DNA of 64,000 bases from Treponemataceae bacterium (GTDB taxonomy: Bacteria > Spirochaetota > Spirochaetia > Treponematales > Rectinemataceae), in contig CAXXHO010000003.1 of assembly GCA_963667725.2 (NCBI GenBank), forward strand, positions 1,856,001-1,920,000. Direction: 5' to 3'. The notes beneath the pieces are model-generated. The model searched no databases and was not told the origin of the DNA. It worked only from the letters and a program-made list of their open reading frames with translations. A program made the translations under genes and the position numbers. Positions 57,432 through 64,000 of this stretch are shown here, piece after piece (position 1 is the first letter of the stretch; every line of letters begins with the position of its first letter).

Positions 57432-57476
57432 GCAAGACCGGGCGCCTTTCTTTCCGCGCCTTTTCTGGAATTTACC

Positions 57477-58580
57477 ATGAACAATGAACAACGTGCCCTG
57501 TATCTGAATCTCCTCAGCGACGCGATCGAATCGGCCCTTCAGGCATGCGGGCCGGAAAGCATCCGATGGAATTACGAGACGGGCTTGGTTCTCCGCGCCA
57601 TCCGCGTAGCCTCGGGCAGGTACTTCGCGCATCGCTACGACGACCGCGTAAGGGAACTCGCAGATTCGCTCGTGGCTCCCGATGGTTCCATCAGGGGCTA
57701 TCTCAAGGAAGAATACAATCTGGACCAGATCAACGCCGGGAAGCTGGTCTTCGACATATGGAAGGAAGGGGGCGACGCGGGCTACGGCAAAGCCCTGATG
57801 AGCCTGATGAGCCAGCTGGCCACGCATCCCCGAACCGAATCGGGCGCCTTCTGGCACAAGAAAATCTATCCCTACCAGGTTTGGCTCGACGGACTCTACA
57901 TGTTCGGCCCTTTCTACGCGCGCTACGCGGCGGAGTTTTCGCGGCCAGAACTGTTCGGGGACCTCTGCGGCCAGCTTTTCCACGCGAGAGACGCGATGAT
58001 GGACAAGGCGACAGGCCTCTATTACCACGCCTGGGACGAGTCGCGCCGGCAAAGATGGTCTAATCCCGACACCGGTCTTTCGCCCCACATCTGGGGCAGG
58101 GCCGTGGGCTGGCTGTCCATGGCGCTCATAGATGTCCTGGATTGGCTGCCCGCCGATCTTCCCGAGAGACGGGATGTCGTCGCGATGTTCCGCGACCTGA
58201 TGTCGGCCGTCGCCGCCGCCCAGGATGAGTCGGGACTCTGGTTCCAGATCCTCGACATGCCCGAGCGGGAAGGCAACTATCTGGAGGAATCGGCTTCAGC
58301 GATGTTCACGTATTCTCTGTACAAGGGAATGAGGGCGGGGATTCTGGATTCCTCCGGCGTCGAAAATGCGGACAGGGCTCTTGCTGGCCTCGTCGAACGA
58401 TTCATCTCCAGAGACGAGGCGGGCAGGCTCCATGTGAACGGCATCTGCAAGGTGGCCGGCCTGGGCGGGAACCCCTACCGCGACGGTTCTTTCGCCTATT
58501 ACATGAGCGAACCCATCGTGTCCGACGACTTCAAGGGTTCAGGCCCCTTCATGCTGGCGCTCTGCGAGGCGCTTGGTTAA
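57477..58580 (+). CDS. GH105 unsaturated (rhamno)galacturonyl hydrolase, no signal peptide
   Basis: WNYETG, YNLDQIN.G, FWHKKIYP.QVWLDGLYM, YHAWDE, WGRA.GW, E.SASAM. Confidence 0.9.
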   Translation: MNNEQRALYLNLLSDAIESALQACGPESIRWNYETGLVLRAIRVASGRYFAHRYDDRVRELADSLVAPDGSIRGYLKEEYNLDQINAGKLVFDIWKEGGDAGYGKALMSLMSQLATHPRTESGAFWHKKIYPYQVWLDGLYMFGPFYARYAAEFSRPELFGDLCGQLFHARDAMMDKATGLYYHAWDESRRQRWSNPDTGLSPHIWGRAVGWLSMALIDVLDWLPADLPERRDVVAMFRDLMSAVAAAQDESGLWFQILDMPEREGNYLEESASAMFTYSLYKGMRAGILDSSGVENADRALAGLVERFISRDEAGRLHVNGICKVAGLGGNPYRDGSFAYYMSEPIVSDDFKGSGPFMLALCEALG

Positions 58581-58604
58581 TAATTGATAGGATGTACCGT
58601 TTTT

Positions 58605-58734
58605 GACGGGATAACATGATGGGCAGGATTTACAGATAAGAATTTAGGTAAAGAAAAGAAAGAGCGAAGCGATGCTTTTTCTTTCTTTACCTAAAATATT
58701 TTCCCGTAAATCCTGTCTTTGCGTAAGTCCTGTC
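58605..58734. repeat. Long AT-rich imperfect inverted repeat (REP/MITE-like)
   Basis: GGCAGGATTTAC...TTTAGGTAAAGAAA / TTTCTTTACCTAAA...GTAAATCCTGTC between convergent genes. Confidence 0.7.
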
Positions 58735-59996
58735 TAATTCTTTTCCGCGAAACCCGTCAGCGCGCGGGCGACGAGGTTCGTCAGCGATTCCACCTTCATG
58801 CCCATCGCGTAGTAGTCATTCAGTTCGGTGAGCTGTGTGTGGCAGTTCTCGCAGGCGGTGCAGATGATATCGGCGCGCGCGGCCTTGATCTGATCGACCT
58901 TCACCTTGGCCGACTTCATGCGGAATTCCTGCTCGCCCATCGAAATAAGCCCGCCGCCTCCGCCGCAGCACCAGTTTTCCTCGCGGTTCGGCGTCAGTTC
59001 GACGAAATCGCCGGTGAGGGCGCCGATGACGCGCCGCGGCTCTTCGATGACGCCGCCGTTGCGAGCCAGCTGGCAGGGATCGTGATAGGTGAGACGGCCC
59101 TGAAGCGTGCCCGGCTTAAGGAAAATCCGGCCCTCGGCTATATAGCGGTCGAGAAGTTCCACGATCGACGTCACCTTGAAATCGTGCTTCCCGGACTGGA
59201 ATTTCAGCACGCGAGTGGCCGTGCCGCATTCCACGACGACGACTTCCTTTACGTTGAGGCGGACGGCCTCGTCAACGATGCGTTGGGATATCTTCGCCTG
59301 TTTCTTGGCATCGCCCAGCCAGGCGGCGAAATTGACCGCCTCGAAGTAGCTCAGGGTCCAGTTTTCCTTCGCGGCGTTCATGATGGCCGCGGCCGGAATG
59401 ATGGAGTGCGCGCCCGAGAGCCCGACATAGAGAATGTCGGCGTCCTGGACATCGACGGGGATCGTCTCCCTGCCTTCGGGCGTCGGAGCCAGGGCTTCCA
59501 CCTGGGATTCGAGATTTTTAATGGCTTCCCTGTAGTTTTCGCCCGACTCGACATAGGTCTCGCCCTTGGCGATCGACATGTCGGAGAGCATGGCGAGAAG
59601 CTGGGGCTGCCGTTCCACGCCGATGAGGAGAAGCTTGGCAATGCCCATGACCTGCTGAGTGTCTATGCCGAAGGGGCAGAAGCCGACGCAGCGGCGGCAG
59701 CCCGTGCAGGAAAAGGCGGCTTCATAGGCCTTGTCCATGCCGATATCGCCGAAGGAAATCGTCTCGCCGAGCCAGGGCGCGAATCTGCCCTGAATCTTGA
59801 AATAGCGCTTGAAGAGCTTGCGGATCACCTCGGCCCTGCCGACGGGCGTGTATTTGGTCTCGGGCATCGACGCGTAGACGTGGCAGGCTTCGACGCAGAG
59901 CCCGCAGCGGGCGCAGGTGTCGAGGTAGAGGCGCATGGCCTTGTTGAGCTTGGTCTCGAAAAGGCGCTTGAGATGGCCGGTCGTTATTTCATCCAT
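58734..59996 (-). CDS. DsrK/HdrD-like Fe-S oxidoreductase (two 4Fe-4S motifs + CCG domain)
   Basis: CARCGLCVEAC, CTGCRRCVGFCP, HDPC, CCGGGG, CTACENC. Confidence 0.9.
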   Translation of the reverse strand: MDEITTGHLKRLFETKLNKAMRLYLDTCARCGLCVEACHVYASMPETKYTPVGRAEVIRKLFKRYFKIQGRFAPWLGETISFGDIGMDKAYEAAFSCTGCRRCVGFCPFGIDTQQVMGIAKLLLIGVERQPQLLAMLSDMSIAKGETYVESGENYREAIKNLESQVEALAPTPEGRETIPVDVQDADILYVGLSGAHSIIPAAAIMNAAKENWTLSYFEAVNFAAWLGDAKKQAKISQRIVDEAVRLNVKEVVVVECGTATRVLKFQSGKHDFKVTSIVELLDRYIAEGRIFLKPGTLQGRLTYHDPCQLARNGGVIEEPRRVIGALTGDFVELTPNREENWCCGGGGGLISMGEQEFRMKSAKVKVDQIKAARADIICTACENCHTQLTELNDYYAMGMKVESLTNLVARALTGFAEKN

Positions 59997-59999
59997 GGC

Positions 60000-60737
60000 T
60001 TACCTCCTTCTCAGCATATTCAGCGGCAGGCTGAAGAATGTGTGCACGATCTTGCTGAAGGGCAGAATCATCATGAAAAGTTCGGCCAGGAAGACATGGA
60101 GCACGATGAAATGATAATGCGAACCATGCAGTACGATTCTGGGGTTCATGAAAGTGAAGCTCGAGAGGATGCCGAAGTAGCTGCTGAAATTGGCCTTCGT
60201 CATCACGAAACCATGCGCCGTCCATGAATTCCCCCAGCTAATCATATCCCCCAGAAGGAAGGTGAAGAGAAGGAGAAGAAGTAGGAGATAGTCGGCGGGC
60301 ACCGAGATATGCCTGTTCTCGCCCTTGAATCGCCTGAAAAGAAAGTAGAAGGCGGGAACCGTGACCGAGACGCCGACGAATCCCGCGCCCACCATGTGAC
60401 GGGAAGCCGCCGGCATGATGTTGATGCTTGGGAAGAGGTCCAGATGGCCCAGGATCAGGAAGGCGATGCCCAGATGGAACCACATGAGAAAGAACCAGAA
60501 GACCGGCTTGCGCTTCCTGATCATCGGCATGCCGAAGGTGTCGCCCAGGGCCGCCAGGGCCGAGCGCTTCCTCGCGGGGAAGGTTTTCAGGCTGTAGGCG
60601 GGGGGTGGCGAGGAAAAGATGGAGGCGATCTTCACGGCGATGCCGACCACCATGACGGTGATGGAGATATAGACGAGAGGCACCATGATGAAGTAGTAGA
60701 GGCCATCCAGGAAGAGGGTGAAGCCTGTGGGGGCCAC
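60000..60737 (-). CDS. DsrM/NarI-like membrane cytochrome b
   Basis: About 5 TM helices with His in WFHLG, LGHL, VLHV and PFSKIVH; GTG start. Confidence 0.8.
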   Translation of the reverse strand: MAPTGFTLFLDGLYYFIMVPLVYISITVMVVGIAVKIASIFSSPPPAYSLKTFPARKRSALAALGDTFGMPMIRKRKPVFWFFLMWFHLGIAFLILGHLDLFPSINIMPAASRHMVGAGFVGVSVTVPAFYFLFRRFKGENRHISVPADYLLLLLLLFTFLLGDMISWGNSWTAHGFVMTKANFSSYFGILSSFTFMNPRIVLHGSHYHFIVLHVFLAELFMMILPFSKIVHTFFSLPLNMLRRR

Positions 60738-60746
60738 GGCGAGGCC

Positions 60747-60986
60747 TTACTTTTGTCGCTTCACGTAGAAGCGGATAAGGCCGGAGTCCTGTTTCGTTTC
60801 GAGAACGGCGTTGCCCGTCGATTTAGCCCAGGAAGGGACATCGGCGAGGGAACCCGGGTCGGTGGAGAGCATCTCGACAACCTCTCCCACCTTCATTTTC
60901 GCGACTTCCATGCTGAGCTTGACGATGGGCATCGGGCAGGCGAGCCCTTTGCAGTCGAGCGTCTTCGTGATTGTGTAGTCGGACAT
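60747..60986 (-). CDS. tusA: TusA-family sulfur carrier
   Basis: LDCKGLACPMP, STDPGS..D...W; AAGGAG RBS. Confidence 0.9.
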   Translation of the reverse strand: MSDYTITKTLDCKGLACPMPIVKLSMEVAKMKVGEVVEMLSTDPGSLADVPSWAKSTGNAVLETKQDSGLIRFYVKRQK

Positions 60987-61011
60987 ATATTTCTCCTTAG
61001 GCTAAAAATGC

Positions 61012-61548
61012 TCAAATGAATAGCTGGACGGCGGATTCCTTGGCGTCGGCGAGGAAGGAAGCCACCCCGACGACTTTCAAGCCGGGATAATCGATCATCT
61101 CTTCCATCTTCATCCCCATGAGATCCATCGACATCTGGCAGATATTGATCTCGACGCCCAAGGCCCCGGCCGCTTCGAAAAGCTGATCCAGGCTGGCGAC
61201 GTTTTTTTTCGTCATGAGGCTTTTAAGCATCGCGGTGCCGGCGCCCGCCATGTTCATCTGCGAAAGCTTCAGCTTGTCGCGCCCCTTCGGGAGCATGAAG
61301 CCGAACATCTTGCCCATGAAATCCTTGCCGCCCGCCTTCTTGGAAGGATCGCGCAGGGCGGCGGTTCCCCAGAAGGTATAGAAAAGCACGACTTTCATGC
61401 CCATCGCCGCCGCGCCGGTAGCGATGATGAGGGAGGCAATCTGTTTGTCCAGTTCGCCCGAAAAAACGACCATGGAGAGCTTGTTCTCCATGCCGGGGGC
61501 GGAGTTCACCTTAGCCTTGAGCTCACTGAGCTCTTTTTCGATGTCCAT
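61012..61548 (-). CDS. DsrE2 (DsrE/DsrF/DrsH-like) sulfurtransferase
   Basis: VFSG.LDK, IATGAAAMG, FYTFWG, CQMSMDLMG, GVASFL, LFI. Confidence 0.9.
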   Translation of the reverse strand: MDIEKELSELKAKVNSAPGMENKLSMVVFSGELDKQIASLIIATGAAAMGMKVVLFYTFWGTAALRDPSKKAGGKDFMGKMFGFMLPKGRDKLKLSQMNMAGAGTAMLKSLMTKKNVASLDQLFEAAGALGVEINICQMSMDLMGMKMEEMIDYPGLKVVGVASFLADAKESAVQLFI

Positions 61549-61571
61549 AGAGTGTTTTCCTTGAGAGAACG

Positions 61572-61874
61572 CTAGTTGTCGCCAGCGCGGCAGCTTTCGA
61601 GACAATGGAGGAGTTCGACGAGATGAGGTTGGGCGAGGCGGTAGACGGCGAAGCCGTTTTCCCTGCGGAATTCGACGAGGTTGGCCATGCGGAGGATGCG
61701 TAGCTGTTGGGAGACGAGCGACTGCGGGACGGCGAGCCTCTCCGCTAGATCGCTTACGTGCGCTTCGCCGCCGCAGAGCTGGGCGACTATCAGGAGCCTG
61801 GCAGGGTGGGAGAGGGCTTTCAGTATCTCGGCTGTTTCGGCGGCGCGGAATGTATCATCCTTGAGATCGGCCAT
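61572..61874 (-). CDS. ArsR/SmtB-family repressor with three Cys
   Basis: LKALSHPARL.I, VSQQL..LR...LV..RR; Cys in QLCGG and HCLESC. Confidence 0.9.
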   Translation of the reverse strand: MADLKDDTFRAAETAEILKALSHPARLLIVAQLCGGEAHVSDLAERLAVPQSLVSQQLRILRMANLVEFRRENGFAVYRLAQPHLVELLHCLESCRAGDN

Positions 61875-61893
61875 TTCAGGTATCGTTCCTCTG

Positions 61894-61960
61894 GATATAG
61901 CGATATTATTCTATCGCTATATCTTTATATGACGATATTCCGATGAGGCTTTTGTGTCAA
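61894..61960 (-). promoter_or_regulatory. Promoter and operator array of the ArsR-sulfur operon
   Basis: Minus strand TTGACA-N17-TATCGT; perfect GATATAGCGATA-N6-TATCGCTATATC inverted repeat; ATAT every 8 bp. Confidence 0.75.
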
Positions 61961-61985
61961 TGAGGGCAAGATACTCCCAGCAAGC

Positions 61986-63425
61986 CTATTCCTTCATGCA
62001 GATGTGCATGGCCGCGGTGGTGAACGCTCTTGGCAGCGCCAGAATGTTGGGCGCGTCGCCGACATATTTCCTCTTCGCGTCGTCGAGCGCTTCCTCGAAT
62101 GATGCCCTTGTTTTCATGCCCATTCCCCGGGCCAAGCCAGGCTTCATGGCGCCGACAATATAGATCGCCGAGCTGTTCATCTCCGCAATATGGGCACAAG
62201 AGACCATCGAAAAGGCATGGAAAGGATGAAAGGCATAGGCGTAGCGATAGAGGTCCGTATATTCCTTGCGCGTCGAGAAGTATTCGGCGTACTTCGCGAT
62301 ATCTGGCAGAATCTGATTGCCGTCCTTCTGGAAAAGATCATACGTTTTTTCATACGAGGGGAATTCCTCCTCGTGCCAGAATCCATTACAGAGTGAGGAA
62401 CAGATGACGACGCAACGATCGCTCAATACGCGCTTATGCCTGAGAATCTGCGCCGAAATCGCCTGCATCATGAGAATCGGATTGGTACCCATTCCATCGC
62501 CGTAGTGAAATGACTGCGGCATACCGAATACCATGACATCGTACTTTTTCTCCGCCCATCGGGCGTAGGTCCGCGTGTCGGCCGAAGCCCAGCACAAAGG
62601 CTGGATGTCCTTCGCGTACCCAGAGAATATCGCGATCTGGTTAGCGTTGGTGTCGAGGACGGCATCGCATACGAAGAACTTCTTCCCCATGCATTTTTCA
62701 ATATACATGCCGATTTGGTCGAATTTTCTCCTCATGAGGCTGTGGGTGCTCGCTGGGGTAAAATCGCTCCTGTGCATCACCTTGGGGTTGTGGTGTTCAG
62801 CGATGCATCGCCAATGCGTGATCCCAGTCGCGCAGTGCTTGTAGCCGCCCGAATAGCCGCCGTAAGGATTGCCCGTCGCGTGGCCGATCAGGACGCAGAA
62901 GTCCGATTCATAGACTTCCTTGTTCACTATCACATGATCGCCGATTTCATCGGAACCCAGATCCACCAGATTGTCATAATCCTCGCTGTCATGATTGGTA
63001 ATCTGCTTTGAATGCCAAAACTCATCGAAGATGCCATCACCCAGCAAAGAGCGGATCTCCTTTTCGGTATTTTTCCGGTGAAGCCCATTGCTGCAAATCA
63101 GTTTTATATCTTTTTTCTCGACTCCTGCCTTATAAAGCTCTTCGATGATGAGAGGAATGGAGATTTTGCGATGGGCGGTCTGCTGAGTCCCGCCCTTAAC
63201 GCGGTCCGGGAACACTATTATAACCTTGCTGCCCTTTTTCACGCTCTCCGAAATCGGTGGAATCCCGATCGGATTCAAAATGGATTTCCTGGTTTCTGCC
63301 ACAATCCGGTCGGAGGGGATTCTCGGCGGATCGGGATAAGTCTCCCCCGGGATGAAGACATCGGTATTTCCATCGGGGAGTTCGGCTTTCATGAATCCCT
63401 GTCCATACTCAAATTCCAATTTCAT
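61986..63425 (-). CDS. LarA (lactate racemase) superfamily racemase/epimerase
   Basis: NPIG, IVFPDR, NGLHR, NHD, GYSGGYK, HPFH. Confidence 0.82.
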   Translation of the reverse strand: MKLEFEYGQGFMKAELPDGNTDVFIPGETYPDPPRIPSDRIVAETRKSILNPIGIPPISESVKKGSKVIIVFPDRVKGGTQQTAHRKISIPLIIEELYKAGVEKKDIKLICSNGLHRKNTEKEIRSLLGDGIFDEFWHSKQITNHDSEDYDNLVDLGSDEIGDHVIVNKEVYESDFCVLIGHATGNPYGGYSGGYKHCATGITHWRCIAEHHNPKVMHRSDFTPASTHSLMRRKFDQIGMYIEKCMGKKFFVCDAVLDTNANQIAIFSGYAKDIQPLCWASADTRTYARWAEKKYDVMVFGMPQSFHYGDGMGTNPILMMQAISAQILRHKRVLSDRCVVICSSLCNGFWHEEEFPSYEKTYDLFQKDGNQILPDIAKYAEYFSTRKEYTDLYRYAYAFHPFHAFSMVSCAHIAEMNSSAIYIVGAMKPGLARGMGMKTRASFEEALDDAKRKYVGDAPNILALPRAFTTAAMHICMKE

Positions 63426-63446
63426 GGCATTACCTTCCTGGTCAAT

Positions 63447-64000
63447 TTATGGCGCCAGATATTCGTCAAGGATATTTTCGAGACCTTCCAGGCTGAAAGC
63501 GATCGGAGGCGTAAATTTTGTCAAAGCCACGAGGCCGCCGTCGATAGTGCATACGCCGGCTATAGCCCTGGCATTCTCGGTCTTTAGTCCCCCTCCATAG
63601 ACGACTGCGGGCGAGTATCCGAGTATTTCCTTCGCTTTGTGCTTGATATAGGCCGAAATTAAGCTAATATACCCGGAATCCGGGGCCGTCTTCCCCGGGC
63701 CGATAGCCCAACGTGGTTCATAGCCGATCGCGAGCTCCCGATCGCCCTGCGCTTTCGTTATCCCCGCGAGTCCCAATTCCAGCTGGCTGCCCAGCACCGC
63801 TTCCACTCGCGGTTTCCGCTCCTCGAGACTTCCCTCTCCACGCTCCTCGGCGGTTTCTCCCACACAATACAGAACATTCAATCCGGCTTCGAAGGCGCGC
63901 AGGACTTCGGCGTTGATGAGGCGCTGAAGCGCGTGGCTTGCCCTTTTCATCGATACGCCATCACGCGTGATATCGGCGTCATACGCGGCCATGATATCGA
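63447..64000 (-). CDS. Triosephosphate isomerase-family protein (partial; N-terminus beyond the window)
   Basis: CVGET, IGYEPRWAIG.G, VYGGG, IDGGLV. Confidence 0.82.
   Translation of the reverse strand, partial: DIMAAYDADITRDGVSMKRASHALQRLINAEVLRAFEAGLNVLYCVGETAEERGEGSLEERKPRVEAVLGSQLELGLAGITKAQGDRELAIGYEPRWAIGPGKTAPDSGYISLISAYIKHKAKEILGYSPAVVYGGGLKTENARAIAGVCTIDGGLVALTKFTPPIAFSLEGLENILDEYLAP

Noticed and set aside
58734..60737. Nitrate reductase or dissimilatory sulfate reduction
   Set aside because: No narGH, dsrAB, dsrC, aprAB or sat in the window; only the NarI/DsrM-like and CCG modules are present.

Overview
This window is GC-rich bacterial chromosome, probably from an anaerobic, free-living spirochaete (inferred from gene content and lipoprotein signals). 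It is densely coding, and I found no transposase, integrase, phage gene, rRNA or CRISPR array. In order it holds: (1) an ODP/MBL di-iron sensor fused to a degenerate GGDEF and a pseudo-receiver; (2) cstA followed by a small membrane protein, a Get3/ArsA-family ATPase, a membrane-anchored protein that may be CCDC47-like, and a DUF59-like CxxC protein; (3) two small proteins missed by the ORF track; (4) lipoproteins, fadD, panE-like, aminotransferase, nagB-like and phosphohexomutase genes; (5) tRNA-Leu(CAG); (6) glnA, iorAB and an ADP-forming acyl-CoA synthetase; (7) a DAK2-DegV fusion with plsY, a 5'-nucleotidase, a DUF4015 hydrolase and a frameshifted metallophosphoesterase; (8) a TRAP/RpiR sugar-acid operon; (9) a pectin-oligomer locus (IclR, kduI, kduD, kdgK, CE8, GH28, GH105, ABC transporter, pseudo-kinase AraC hybrid regulator); (10) an ArsR-DsrE2-TusA-DsrM-like-DsrK-like sulfur-relay operon with a periodic ATAT operator; (11) a LarA-family gene and a partial TIM-like gene. 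The two best candidates for an undescribed system are the sulfur-carrier/DsrMK-like operon and the cstA-Get3-CCDC47-like module. All family calls come from motifs recognised by eye; no searches were run.
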